From Lachnospiraceae bacterium (GTDB taxonomy: Bacteria > Bacillota > Clostridia > Lachnospirales > Lachnospiraceae): DNA of 61,453 nucleotides. The notes below the pieces were generated by a model. The model saw only the letters and a list, made by a program, of their open reading frames with translations. It was not told the DNA's origin and did no database searches. Shown piece by piece: positions 38,223 to 48,521 of the stretch (the stretch's first letter is position 1; every line of letters begins with the position of its first letter). The stretch covers positions 1-61,453 of the forward strand of contig JALETS010000093.1 of assembly GCA_022781395.1 (NCBI GenBank). The letters are read 5' to 3'. The position numbers and the translations under genes are program-made.

Positions 38223-40370
38223 CTATGCAGATTTGGTTTTCTTTACATTTACTTTAAGCTCTGTTGCCTCTTTATAAGGTCTGAACAACAGATAGAGGAA
38301 TCCGATTACCAATACAACAGCTACGACTGTTCCGATACCGAATCCACCGCCGGTAAAGAAAGTGCCAAGCTGATAAATTACCATGGCTACAACGTAAGCC
38401 AACAGGCACTGATAACCGATGGCAAACCAGAACCACTTCGTATTGTTCATCTCTCTCTTGATAGCGCCCATCGCTGCAAAACAGGGTGCACACAGAAGAT
38501 TGAATGCCAGAAATCCATAGGCTGCAACCGGCGTCATGACTGCTGCCAGACTGCCCCATACTTCCGAACCGTCTTCTGCCACTTCCGCAAAACCGAATAG
38601 CATACCGAAGGTTGCAACCACATTCTCTTTTGCGATCAGACCGGTAACTGCTGCAACTGCCATCTTCCAGCCTTCTCCTGCCTGTGTCCAGCCAAGCGGA
38701 GTGAAAATCCATGCAATTCCGCTTCCGATTTTAGCAAGAATACTGTTGTTCAATTCTTCTACCATACCAAAGCCTCCTTCCCAGCCAAAGCTCATCAGGA
38801 ACCAGAGTACGATAGTAGATAACAGGATAATGGTACCGGCTTTTTTAATAAAGGACCAGCCGCGCTCCCACATACTTCTCAGGACAGCGCCCACGGTAGG
38901 CATATGATAGGCTGGCAGCTCCATAACGAAAGGTGCCGGATCTCCTGCAAACATCTTGGTTTTCTTCAGAATGATACCGGAGCAGATAATTGCAGCAATA
39001 CCCACAAAGTATGCACTCCACGCTACCCAGCCGCCGTTGTCAAAGAATGCTCCCGCAATCAAAGCAATGATTGGCAGTTTCGCGCCACAGGGGATAAAGG
39101 TGGTCGTCATAATAGTCATCTTACGGTCTCTGTCATTCTCAATGGTACGAGAAGCCATAACACCGGGTACACCACAGCCGGAACCAATCAGCATCGGAAT
39201 AAAGGATTTGCCGGACAGTCCGAACTTTCGGAAAATCCTGTCCATGATAAACGCCACACGTGCCATATATCCACAGGACTCCAAAAATGCCAGAAAAATA
39301 AACAACACAAGCATCTGTGGCACAAAACCGATTACCGCGCCCACACCGGCTACGATACCGTCCAGGATCAATCCGCTCAGCCAGTCAGCACAGCCGATAG
39401 AAACAAGCACATTCTCGATTGCCGGAGGAATTATCTCTCCAAACAGTACATCATTAGTCCAGTCGGTTACAAATGCGCCCACGGAAGTAACAGATACATA
39501 ATATACAATAAACATTACTACTGCAAAAATCGGCAGTGCAAGCCATCTGTTTGTAACTATTTTATCAATTTTGTCAGAAGTTGTCATTGAGTTTTTCTGA
39601 TTCTTAGATACACAATCCTTGATAATCGCAGAGATGTATACATATCTTTCATTCGTAATAATACTCTCCGTATCATCATCAAAAGCATCCTCAAGCTGCC
39701 TGATCTGTGTCTCTACATTAGGAACCTGCTGCATCTGCTCTGTGATCTTATTATCTTTCTCTAAAAGCTTAATGGCAAAAAATCTCTTCTGCTCTTCGGG
39801 CACACCGCTCAGCATGGAGGAAACATCTGCAATAGCTGTTTCTACTTTACTGTCAAATCTATGCACAATGGGTTGTGCTTTCTTACCGGCCAATGCCACT
39901 GCTTTATTCGCAGCTTCCGTAACACCGGTTCCTTTTAAAGCAGAGATTTCCACTACTTCACAGCCTAAGCTCCGGCTTAATTTTTCCAGAGAAATCTTAT
40001 CACCGTTCTTTTGAACCAGATCAATCATATTGACTGCCATCACAACCGGAATTCCAAGCTCCATTAACTGTGTACTCAGATACAGGTTACGCTCAATATT
40101 TGTTCCGTCTACAATATTTAAAATGACATCCGGTTTTTCATTTATCAGATAATTTCTGGCTACTACTTCCTCCAAAGTATATGGAGATAAAGAATAAATA
40201 CCCGGTAAGTCCATAATGATGACGTCTTTATTTCCTTTTAATTTACCCTCTTTTTTCTCAACCGTAACGCCCGGCCAGTTACCTACGAACTGATTGGAAC
40301 CTGTCAACGCGTTAAATAGAGTTGTCTTACCGCAGTTAGGGTTACCTGCAAGTGCAATTTTCACTGACAT
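38223..40370 (-). CDS. feoB: Ferrous iron transport protein B
   Basis: 'GNPNCGKTT', 'VGNWPGVTVE', 'DLPGIYS', gate 'GCGVPG', 'MELPAY'. Confidence 0.97.
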   Translation of the reverse strand: MSVKIALAGNPNCGKTTLFNALTGSNQFVGNWPGVTVEKKEGKLKGNKDVIIMDLPGIYSLSPYTLEEVVARNYLINEKPDVILNIVDGTNIERNLYLSTQLMELGIPVVMAVNMIDLVQKNGDKISLEKLSRSLGCEVVEISALKGTGVTEAANKAVALAGKKAQPIVHRFDSKVETAIADVSSMLSGVPEEQKRFFAIKLLEKDNKITEQMQQVPNVETQIRQLEDAFDDDTESIITNERYVYISAIIKDCVSKNQKNSMTTSDKIDKIVTNRWLALPIFAVVMFIVYYVSVTSVGAFVTDWTNDVLFGEIIPPAIENVLVSIGCADWLSGLILDGIVAGVGAVIGFVPQMLVLFIFLAFLESCGYMARVAFIMDRIFRKFGLSGKSFIPMLIGSGCGVPGVMASRTIENDRDRKMTIMTTTFIPCGAKLPIIALIAGAFFDNGGWVAWSAYFVGIAAIICSGIILKKTKMFAGDPAPFVMELPAYHMPTVGAVLRSMWERGWSFIKKAGTIILLSTIVLWFLMSFGWEGGFGMVEELNNSILAKIGSGIAWIFTPLGWTQAGEGWKMAVAAVTGLIAKENVVATFGMLFGFAEVAEDGSEVWGSLAAVMTPVAAYGFLAFNLLCAPCFAAMGAIKREMNNTKWFWFAIGYQCLLAYVVAMVIYQLGTFFTGGGFGIGTVVAVVLVIGFLYLLFRPYKEATELKVNVKKTKSA

Positions 40371-40442
40371 TTCATCCTCCTCATTCTTTCCCTCTAAAAC
40401 TGACAATCTGCATCTTTTGTTAATTCACTCATAAAAGTTACT

Positions 40443-40664
40443 CTAATCCACCTGAATCATTTCCGCATCTGCTTTGCGCAGAGATAATTCATAACCGCGT
40501 ACCGTTACTTCTACCGGATCACCTAAAGGTGCAACCTTACGAACATAGATCTGAATACCTTTTGTAATGCCCATGTCCATAATACGTCTCTTTACCGGCC
40601 CCTCTCCGGTCAGCTTAGTTACTGTTACCGTTTCGCCGCAAGCCACTTCCTTTAATGTCTTCAT
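40443..40664 (-). CDS. feoA: Ferrous iron transport protein A
   Basis: 'RRIMDMGITKG', 'APLGDP', 'LSLRK.DA'. Confidence 0.95.
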   Translation of the reverse strand: MKTLKEVACGETVTVTKLTGEGPVKRRIMDMGITKGIQIYVRKVAPLGDPVEVTVRGYELSLRKADAEMIQVD

Positions 40665-40679
40665 TTTTCTTTCCTCCCT

Positions 40680-40898
40680 CTAGACCATAATTCTGGCTGC
40701 CATATCTTTGCCGATGGCAATTCTGGAATCCTTGATATTCACAATCAGATTTCCATTTGCTACAGACACTACTTTTACATCAGCACCTGTCACAAACCCC
40801 AGATTCTCCAGAAATTGTCTGGTTTCTTCCTTTCCGCCAACTTTTTTGATAGAACCTGTTTCTCCTTCTTTTATAAATGTTAATGGCATCACTCTCAT
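40680..40898 (-). CDS. feoA: FeoA family protein (second copy)
   Basis: 'FLENLGFVTG', 'SRIAIGKDMA'. Confidence 0.9.
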   Translation of the reverse strand: MRVMPLTFIKEGETGSIKKVGGKEETRQFLENLGFVTGADVKVVSVANGNLIVNIKDSRIAIGKDMAARIMV

Positions 40899-40904
40899 CT
40901 CCTT

Positions 40905-41378
40905 CTATATAGCTGCCGCCTCAGCGGTATGATCATATTCTCTCATTTCTATTAACTCCACATTTCTTTCATGAAGATAACCACAGCTTTCAAGACCAGC
41001 CTTGACAATCCTGTTCCACTCTTCTGGGTTTAAGCTTATTTTGGACTGATCATCAAACTGTACCATACAGCTATGTACCTTTGTAGGTTCTTCTTCAAAA
41101 CAGACATGATACATATTCTTACGATTGATCGCGCCTATATCTTCCAGCGTGTTGATCATGCGGTACACCGTCGCAATTCCGACAGACGAATCAATCTTGC
41201 ATACCTGACAGTAAATCTCTTTGCAACAGCCAAATTCATTTTGCAAAATACAATCAATAATAAGTTTTCTCTGATTGGTAATCCGAAGCCCGCGCTCTTT
41301 CAGCTTTGCTATAATGTATTCTTTCTGTTCTGTCACTCGATAACAAATGCTGCTTTTAGGGGTTCCTTCTCTACTCAC
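40905..41378 (-). CDS. Fur-like winged-helix protein with non-canonical C-terminus
   Basis: 'GLRITNQR', 'VGIATVYRMINTLEDIG'; no HxHxxCxxC dimerisation motif. Confidence 0.8.
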   Translation of the reverse strand: MSREGTPKSSICYRVTEQKEYIIAKLKERGLRITNQRKLIIDCILQNEFGCCKEIYCQVCKIDSSVGIATVYRMINTLEDIGAINRKNMYHVCFEEEPTKVHSCMVQFDDQSKISLNPEEWNRIVKAGLESCGYLHERNVELIEMREYDHTAEAAAI

Positions 41379-41407
41379 AATCGGTATTCCTCCCTTTCTG
41401 CAAATCG

Positions 41408-41497
41408 GTTAGTCAGTGCTAACTCCCTTGCAGAACTAAGGTTAGCATTAACTAACTCACATGTCAACAACTTTTTTGATAATGATATTTTTTATCA
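41408..41497 (-). promoter_or_regulatory. feo operon promoter with two GTTAG-N6-CTAAC palindromes and a Fur box
   Basis: TTGACA(41467-41462)-17-TAACCT; palindromes at 41408-41423 and 41441-41456; GATAATGATATTTTTTATC (41478-41496) matches 16/19 of the classical Fur box. Confidence 0.75.
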
Positions 41498-41511
41498 ATA
41501 AGTCAGGCAGC

Positions 41512-41540
41512 AAAAAAAGGAGCCGGTTTCCCAGCTCCTC
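41512..41540 (-). terminator. Intrinsic terminator of pgi
   Basis: Minus strand AGGAGCUGG-GAAA-CCGGCUCCU followed by U-tract. Confidence 0.85.
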
Positions 41541-41554
41541 ATTTCATGCCTTCT

Positions 41555-42901
41555 TTACAGTCTCTTTAACAGTTCTTCTCTCTGTGCCTCGTAGCCAGGC
41601 TTGCCAAGAAGTGCAAACATGTTCTTCTTGTAGCTCTCTACACCCGGCTGGTTGAACGGGTTAACACCTAACAGATAACCGCTGACACCGCAGGCAAACT
41701 CGAAGAAGTAGAACAACTCACCTAAATAGAATTCGTTTACTTCCGGTACGTTTACCATGAAGTTCGGTACCTGACCGTCTGTGTGTGCAAGGATCGTTCC
41801 GTTCATAGCGCTCTTATTAACGAAGTCCACACTCTTGCCTGCCAGATAATTCAGACCGTCTAAGTCTACCGGCTCCTCACCGATAATGATCTCTTCTCTG
41901 CTCTTCTCAATATTGATAACTGTCTCAAACATATTTCTGGCACCGTCCTGAATGAACTGTCCCATAGAATGTAAGTCAGTTGTCAGATCAACGCTGGCCG
42001 GGAAGATACCCTTCTGGTCTTTGCCTTCAGACTCGCCGTAAAGCTGCTTCCACCACTCAGATACATAGTGTACACTGGGTTCATAGTTGGCAAGAATCTC
42101 GATAGCTTTACCTTTTCTTAATAAGATATTACGAAGGGCTGCATATTTAAGAGCGTCGTTCTCTTCAAAAGGAGCTTCCAATGCCATCTTTCTGCCTTCT
42201 GCCGCACCTTCCATCAATTTATCGATATCTGCACCGGATACAGCGATCGGCAGTAAACCGACTGCTGTCAGTACAGAGAAACGTCCACCTACATCATCCG
42301 GCACTACGAAGGTCTCATAGCCTTCCTCGGTTGCCAGATTCTTTAAGGAACCTTTTACTTTATCTGTTGTAGCATAGATTCTCTTTGCGGCGCCTTCTTT
42401 GCCATATTTCTTCTCTGCCATCTCTTTGAATACACGGAAAGCGATAGCCGGCTCTGTAGTTGTACCGGACTTGGAAATCATATTGATAGAGAAATCTCTG
42501 TCTCCGATTACATCGATCAGGTGCTTGATATAAGTAGAACTGATAGAGTTACCTACAAAGTAAATTTCAGGTGTCTTTCTGACAGACTTGTCTACCACAT
42601 TATAAAAGCTGTGACGTAAGAACTCGATCGCCGCTCTTGCACCCAGATAAGAACCACCGATACCAATTACTAACAACACTTCGGAATCACTCTGAATCTT
42701 AGCTGCTGCCTTTTTAATTCTTGCAAACTCTTCCTTATCATAATCAACAGGTAAGTTGATCCATCCTAAGAAATCATTGCCTGCTCCGGTTTTGCTAACC
42801 AGTACTTCCTTTGCATCTAAAGCAAGCTTCTTCATCATTTCCACTTCGCTGTCTTTCACAAAGGGCGCTGCTTTAGAATAGTCAAACGTAACTTTGCTCA
42901 T
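41555..42901 (-). CDS. pgi: Glucose-6-phosphate isomerase
   Basis: 'GIGGSYLG', 'SKSGTTTE', 'GGRFSV', 'QLYGESEGK', '[12 protein letters not shown]'. Confidence 0.98.
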   Translation of the reverse strand: MSKVTFDYSKAAPFVKDSEVEMMKKLALDAKEVLVSKTGAGNDFLGWINLPVDYDKEEFARIKKAAAKIQSDSEVLLVIGIGGSYLGARAAIEFLRHSFYNVVDKSVRKTPEIYFVGNSISSTYIKHLIDVIGDRDFSINMISKSGTTTEPAIAFRVFKEMAEKKYGKEGAAKRIYATTDKVKGSLKNLATEEGYETFVVPDDVGGRFSVLTAVGLLPIAVSGADIDKLMEGAAEGRKMALEAPFEENDALKYAALRNILLRKGKAIEILANYEPSVHYVSEWWKQLYGESEGKDQKGIFPASVDLTTDLHSMGQFIQDGARNMFETVINIEKSREEIIIGEEPVDLDGLNYLAGKSVDFVNKSAMNGTILAHTDGQVPNFMVNVPEVNEFYLGELFYFFEFACGVSGYLLGVNPFNQPGVESYKKNMFALLGKPGYEAQREELLKRL

Positions 42902-43011
42902 ATAGTATCTCCTTTTTCCTTTATTGTTTTCACGTTCTCCATTGCTTTCCGTAACAGTTTAGCATTGAAGATCGCGTTTTTCAAGAACTTCTCCCTGTTC
43001 CTTCATATCAC

Positions 43012-44091
43012 TTATTTCTGATTCTCTTTTACCGCATCTTCAATCAGTCCGATAATCGTTCCGATCGCATCACGCTGTTTACTTTTACTCATGGCATCTA
43101 TATAAGTCTGCCTGTTAAAATAAAGCTCCTGAATCTTCTCTAACAAAAGCTTACTGGTCAGATCGTCCTCATCAATCACAATACTAAAGCACTGTGACTC
43201 AAAGGACTTGGCATTTAAGATCTGATCACCACGGCTGCTTGTTGCCGGAAGCGGAATCAGGATATTGGGCTTGCGCAGTGCCAGAAGTTCGCTGATCGCA
43301 TTGGCTCCTGCTCTGGAAATCACAATATCTGCCATTGCAAAAATATCTTTCATCTCAGACTTAACATATTCGAACTGTTTATACCCCGGCGTGGTTAACA
43401 GCAGGTTATCCACTTTTTCCTTACCACACAAATGCACCACCTGAAAATCCTTCAGAAGTTCCGGCAGTACATCCCTGACAGCCTGATTGACTGCCGCAGA
43501 ACCAAGGCTTCCTCCTACTACCATGATAACGGGCTTGGAAGCATCAAATCCGCATAATTTATAAGCTGCTTCCTTGTTACCCGTAGTCAGTTCCTGTCGG
43601 ATCGGAGAACCGGTCAGAACGGCTTTATTGGGTGGAAGCATACTGAAAGTCTCCGGGAAATTACAGCATACCTTCTTAGCCACAGGAATACAGAGTTTAT
43701 TGGCAAGGCCGGGCGTCATATCTGATTCATGGATAATACACGGAATTCCCAAAGAATCTGCTGCACGTACCACCGGCACACTGACAAATCCTCCCTTGGA
43801 AAATAAAACATCCGGTTTTATCTCCTTTAAATATTTTCTCGCTTCCATCATACCCTTAATTACCCGGAACGGGTCAGAGAAGTTCTTCGGGTCAAAGTAT
43901 CTTCGAAATTTACCTGTTGCAATCCCATAATAGGGAATGTCAAAATCTTCTATCAGCTTTTTCTCAATCCCGTCATAAGACCCCATATAGACAATTTCAT
44001 AATCCAATTCCCGAAGCTTGGGAATCAATGCCATATTAGGGGTTACATGTCCGGCAGTTCCGCCGCCGGTAAGTACGATCTTCTTGCTCAT
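43012..44091 (-). CDS. murG: Lipid I N-acetylglucosaminyltransferase
   Basis: 'TGGGTAGHV', 'KGGFVS', 'HESD', 'GGSLGS', 'SRAGA', 'DQILNA'. Confidence 0.95.
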   Translation of the reverse strand: MSKKIVLTGGGTAGHVTPNMALIPKLRELDYEIVYMGSYDGIEKKLIEDFDIPYYGIATGKFRRYFDPKNFSDPFRVIKGMMEARKYLKEIKPDVLFSKGGFVSVPVVRAADSLGIPCIIHESDMTPGLANKLCIPVAKKVCCNFPETFSMLPPNKAVLTGSPIRQELTTGNKEAAYKLCGFDASKPVIMVVGGSLGSAAVNQAVRDVLPELLKDFQVVHLCGKEKVDNLLLTTPGYKQFEYVKSEMKDIFAMADIVISRAGANAISELLALRKPNILIPLPATSSRGDQILNAKSFESQCFSIVIDEDDLTSKLLLEKIQELYFNRQTYIDAMSKSKQRDAIGTIIGLIEDAVKENQK

Positions 44092-44105
44092 CAGAAAAAG
44101 ACCTC

Positions 44106-44348
44106 CTAATTATCTAAAATTTCCTGCAATGCACATGCCAGCTGATCCGGGCAGGAAGTATTTTTAAATCCGCATTTAATGCCCTTTAGCTTGGTAATTA
44201 CATCCTCTATCTTCATACCTGTAACCAGACTGGAGATACCCTGTAAATTACCGTTGCATCCTCCTGTAAATGTGACGGATTTCACAATGCCGTCTTCTAC
44301 TTCTACGTCAATCGCATTAGAACATACACCTTTTGGACGATATATCAT
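44106..44348 (-). CDS. TIGR03905-like TSCPD domain protein
   Basis: 'GVCS', 'GGCNGN', 'IKCG..TSCPDQLA'; start at ATG 44348 behind a GGAGG RBS. Confidence 0.88.
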   Translation of the reverse strand: MIYRPKGVCSNAIDVEVEDGIVKSVTFTGGCNGNLQGISSLVTGMKIEDVITKLKGIKCGFKNTSCPDQLACALQEILDN

Positions 44349-44548
44349 AGTTATTCCCTCCAAACCTAAAATATATAGAATTCCACAGATAAATTCCTCT
44401 TTACCCAACGGTTTTACTATATCACATATCCGCATCTGTTTCCAGTATTCCTGTCAGATTGATTTCTGTATTAAATATGCATAATTTGTAGATGCTTTAC
44501 AGCTTTTTTCACAGAATATTTCTTATATAATATTTATATCTATTATTA

Positions 44549-45271
44549 TTGCAGAAAGGCCATCTTATGTTTACATTATTGTTTCAGCATAAAAATTTTA
44601 TGATCAGTATTTTACTTTTGCTTTCTCTAAGTATCATATGCCAGATTATCATGGGCGTGATATATCATAAACTGATCTGGGAAACAGAAAACATGTCCAC
44701 TACTAATAATAAAGCCCTTCAGCAGCTCAAGCTTAAATTCTCAAGCTGCAGCAAAATTAATGAACGGGTTTCCAACGTCTCCATTTTTGTTGATAAATTC
44801 ATGAATCAGATTAAAATTGGCTGTATTCCCCTGTCTTTTCTAAAACACTTATCGGGACAGCTTATGCTGCTTGCCATACTTGTTGCCGGAATAGGAGCAT
44901 GCCTTGGCATCAGCCGCGGAGAAAACTTTTTTACCATAGTCCCTTTTTATGTCATAAGTTTTCTGGGATTATACTGTTATTTTGCCGTATCTTCCCTGAT
45001 AGACATTCCTTCCAAAACCAAAATCCTTCGGACAAACCTGGTGGACTATCTGGAAAACCATATGGCAGGCCGTCTGAAACAGACCCAATCGGATATGCAG
45101 CTTATCAATATGGACGAGCCTGATGATACCGCTAGTTCCAAAAATAAGTCTATTCTGTCCACAGAAAATGCTAAAAATCCGAATACACAGCCTGATACAC
45201 AAAATTCCCCAGCCTTCTCAAAATCCGAGGCTGAGGAATTGGAAAATTTGTTAAAGGAATTCCTGACGTAG
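44549..45271 (+). CDS. Hypothetical membrane protein (3 TM, acidic tail)
   Basis: 240-aa ORF filling the gap between genes; three hydrophobic segments. Confidence 0.7.
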   Translation: MQKGHLMFTLLFQHKNFMISILLLLSLSIICQIIMGVIYHKLIWETENMSTTNNKALQQLKLKFSSCSKINERVSNVSIFVDKFMNQIKIGCIPLSFLKHLSGQLMLLAILVAGIGACLGISRGENFFTIVPFYVISFLGLYCYFAVSSLIDIPSKTKILRTNLVDYLENHMAGRLKQTQSDMQLINMDEPDDTASSKNKSILSTENAKNPNTQPDTQNSPAFSKSEAEELENLLKEFLT

Positions 45272-45283
45272 TATTGCCAAATG

Positions 45284-46153
45284 CTACTTTAAGTCCCCCA
45301 TAAATACAATACCTATCGTACCCGGACCGGAATGTGCGCCGATACTGGGGCCTATCGGTCGAATCACAATATCCGTATAACCGAACCGTTCCGTAATCAT
45401 ATTGGCAATATACTTGGCATCTTCTTCGCAATCACCGTGAACAACTCCTACAAAAATCTGCTTATCCCGGAATTCTCCGAGTCTTTCTTCCATATTATCC
45501 ACTAAGGTTGTCAGGGATTTCTTACGGCCGCGCACTTTACTGAGAGCAACCAGCTTACCCTCTTTATTGACATACAGAATCGGCTTAATATTAATAACTG
45601 TTCCGAGAAGTGCAGAAGACTTGGATAAACGTCCGCCGCGGTACAGATAATCCAAATTATCTACCGTAAACTGTACATTTATATACGGACAATACTCGCG
45701 GATCCAGTCTGCCGTCTCCTCCAGCGTTTTTCCTTCTTTCTTCATCTCTATCGCCTTACGGATCATAATACCTTCTCCCAGAGACGCCGACAGTGTGTCT
45801 ATCACGATAATCTTCATCTCCGGATAGCTTTCCAGAATCTCATTGGCGCAGTTTACGATATTATTATAAGCACAGCTAAGTTCAGAAGAAAAACTGATAT
45901 GAAGGATATCTTTTCCCTGTTTGGCATATGCTTCAAATCTCTCCAGAATCACTGCCGGATTGCTTGCCATCGTAGTGGTTTTCTTACCGGCACGCATGGC
46001 ATCATAGAACTCTTGATTGCTAAGTTCCCTGCCATCTCCGTACACTTCCTCCTCTACTGTATAGTAGTGCGGTATTACACCAACTTCATTGTCTGCCAGA
46101 TATACCGGGTCCATATCTGAATTACTGTCTGTCGTGATTATAAATTCTCTCAT
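45284..46153 (-). CDS. DegV family fatty acid-binding protein
   Basis: 'ITTDSNSD', 'SSELS', 'IDT..AS.GEG', 'YLYRGGR', 'IKPIL', 'IGAHSGPG'. Confidence 0.94.
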   Translation of the reverse strand: MREFIITTDSNSDMDPVYLADNEVGVIPHYYTVEEEVYGDGRELSNQEFYDAMRAGKKTTTMASNPAVILERFEAYAKQGKDILHISFSSELSCAYNNIVNCANEILESYPEMKIIVIDTLSASLGEGIMIRKAIEMKKEGKTLEETADWIREYCPYINVQFTVDNLDYLYRGGRLSKSSALLGTVINIKPILYVNKEGKLVALSKVRGRKKSLTTLVDNMEERLGEFRDKQIFVGVVHGDCEEDAKYIANMITERFGYTDIVIRPIGPSIGAHSGPGTIGIVFMGDLK

Positions 46154-46206
46154 TTTACGCTTCCCTATCCTTTCTCATTGTAATCTTTGTATCGTTGCGA
46201 AATTAC

Positions 46207-47883
46207 CTACTGTTTGCTATAAATCATTATACTTGGCCCCACATAATAATCCTTTGGACTGTACCTGATAAAATCCAGATAACCGACTCTGTACTTCCAC
46301 TCCTTGCCGTAAGAGATTCCCTGAAATTGCTGCAAAAGTCCGTACTTTCCTATCTTGTCCTCATAAGCCTTCTTTTGTTCCGGGTACATATCGCCACCCT
46401 GCATGATCAGATAATCTTTCTTCTGTGTATAATGCGCTGTGGCATACTGCACATCAAAATAATACTCTCCTTCGCCAAGCTGCTCCGGGAGCAGTGAAAT
46501 ATCCTCCCCGATATCAATCACTTCATATTTTCCATCCTCCATCCTGGGGGCAAAGGATGTACAGTAGATCGTGGAGCCATCCGGTATCTGTTCTGCGATA
46601 TAGGATTCCGCCTGCGTATAAGTTAAGTCGTAACGATAGTTATTACAAACTACTAAGACATTGCGGATACACATCAGTCCTATTACCGTAAATACTATGG
46701 TCTGCTCCGTAATCCTTATCTTCTTTGCTGATTTCCCGGACTTCTTATGTCTGTCAAAGCAACATTTCCTCACCAATGCTTCCGTTTCCATCAATCCGTA
46801 AACCATAAACAGAAATACATATGGTACCGCCAAAGACATATTCCTGCCCAGCATTATCTGATATCTGGACAAGAAGAGTATGATAAATACCGGCATGATC
46901 AGGAATACAACCAACTGATGCCATTCCTTCTTCCGAATCAGATATGCGATTCCCAGAATCAGAAGCAATCCGCCTATAACTCCATAACCGGTAAAGACAT
47001 AAGCCTCTATATAACCAAGAAGCGGCATATTATGTTCAATACCGGGATGTCCCCAGGCATAGTGCTGCAAGTTATACAGATTATCCCAGACAAAGGTCTT
47101 GAAATGGAAAAACAAAGAGTAATTGCAAACGCAAAATACCAATGCCAGTACAATGCAGTTTAGGAAGAACAGAAAATTATCCCGATAACTCTTCCAGTAC
47201 TTCTTCTCAATATGTAACGCCAGCCAGAAAACACCAAAGAGCAGCCCATGATATTTCGCCGCCATGGCAAGTCCAATACAAATGGCCATCAGCGGATACC
47301 ACAAATAAACAACCCGTTCCTCCTGCGAATCCTGATAGATCAGACAGCCCAGAAGCACTATCACATTGGCTACTGCATAAATCATCGTATCCGGCCCGGT
47401 ATAATACAGATACGCATATCCGTATAAGGAAAACACCGATAACAGGAATCCCACGAATCCCCATTTACGGCTTCCCGTCATGATCTTAATAGAAAAATAG
47501 ACACATACATTAGACAGAAGCGCCGTACCGCATATCAGATATCTCAACAGGATCGTGGTATCTGTCCCTGCCAGTAATTTACCTAAGAACCGTACCCCTA
47601 CCACTGCATAGTAAAAAGTCAGATGCGGATACCGGAAGAAATCCAGTACATAGATATCCCCTGCATAGATATGCTGGTTCATAAGATTATAGATGCTGTC
47701 CAGCGACAACTGTTCATCCACGTTAGGATAAAAAGGCAGCTCAAACCGCCAATGCTTACAGAAAAGCAGCACGCCCACTATCAGTGTAACTATGATAGCT
47801 GCTGCCATTTCTATTTGTGTTTTACTGATAACAGGCTTTTTTTCTTTCCTGCTCTGCATGATGATCCTCTTTTCTTTACTCAC
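46207..47883 (-). CDS. GT-C fold (ArnT/PMT-like) polyprenyl-phosphate-sugar-dependent glycosyltransferase
   Basis: First loop 'PNVDE', 'FFRYPHL', 'GLAMAAKY', many TM helices, extracellular C-terminal domain. Confidence 0.8.
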   Translation of the reverse strand: MSKEKRIIMQSRKEKKPVISKTQIEMAAAIIVTLIVGVLLFCKHWRFELPFYPNVDEQLSLDSIYNLMNQHIYAGDIYVLDFFRYPHLTFYYAVVGVRFLGKLLAGTDTTILLRYLICGTALLSNVCVYFSIKIMTGSRKWGFVGFLLSVFSLYGYAYLYYTGPDTMIYAVANVIVLLGCLIYQDSQEERVVYLWYPLMAICIGLAMAAKYHGLLFGVFWLALHIEKKYWKSYRDNFLFFLNCIVLALVFCVCNYSLFFHFKTFVWDNLYNLQHYAWGHPGIEHNMPLLGYIEAYVFTGYGVIGGLLLILGIAYLIRKKEWHQLVVFLIMPVFIILFLSRYQIMLGRNMSLAVPYVFLFMVYGLMETEALVRKCCFDRHKKSGKSAKKIRITEQTIVFTVIGLMCIRNVLVVCNNYRYDLTYTQAESYIAEQIPDGSTIYCTSFAPRMEDGKYEVIDIGEDISLLPEQLGEGEYYFDVQYATAHYTQKKDYLIMQGGDMYPEQKKAYEDKIGKYGLLQQFQGISYGKEWKYRVGYLDFIRYSPKDYYVGPSIMIYSKQ

Positions 47884-47927
47884 TTTTGTAAACGATTACT
47901 CATACACTGTTTCATTCCGGATTGACT

Positions 47928-48521
47928 TCAGGCTTTCCAGTCATCAATATGATAACTCTTGGTACAGATAGCATCAAAAACAATCCCCTGCTCTTTAATA
48001 TACTGTTTATATTCCTGCAGCTTCTCTTCCTGCGCCTCCAGCTCCGGCGACACAAAACAAAGCTTGTACCCAAGCTGTTTTAGTTCCCGATAACTGTCCT
48101 GATCTAACGGAATTCTGGTGAAGCAGTCTACCCAGACCCAGTCTGCTCTGCCTGCCATGTTACGGATCGTATCCAATCCTTCCAGTTCACTGAACCGTAG
48201 CGCAACATCCTTAATCCCCATATCCGTCAGAAGCTTAATCATCGGAAAAGACGAATCCAGGAAGAAGTACTTCTCTATCTGATACTGCTTCATATACTCT
48301 AACACCTTATGCTCAATCCGTTCACTTTTGATATTTAATATCATCGTTCCGTGGTGATATTCCTTACAGTATTCCTCGAAATCCTCTCCCTGTTCAAAAG
48401 GATTGTGCGAGATATAGATTCTGCCGTTTAAATCATCTCTTAAGTCCAGCTCTACTCCATATTCCGAAGGCAGCTTCCGCAGTTCCTCTATGGTGTTAAC
48501 TCTGTGTGCTATGTATTCCAT
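47928..48521 (-). CDS. PI-PLC/GDPD-like phosphodiesterase
   Basis: 'IAHRVN', 'GVELDLR', 'ISHNP', 'ILNIK', 'WVWVDCF', 'VSPEL', 'AICTK'. Confidence 0.7.
   Translation of the reverse strand: MEYIAHRVNTIEELRKLPSEYGVELDLRDDLNGRIYISHNPFEQGEDFEEYCKEYHHGTMILNIKSERIEHKVLEYMKQYQIEKYFFLDSSFPMIKLLTDMGIKDVALRFSELEGLDTIRNMAGRADWVWVDCFTRIPLDQDSYRELKQLGYKLCFVSPELEAQEEKLQEYKQYIKEQGIVFDAICTKSYHIDDWKA

Noticed and set aside
38127-40014. Long plus-strand ORFs antisense to feoB, and similar ones opposite glgB, the ABC exporter, ahcY and the nucleotidyltransferase
   Set aside because: Antisense shadows of well-supported genes, no RBS or family motifs
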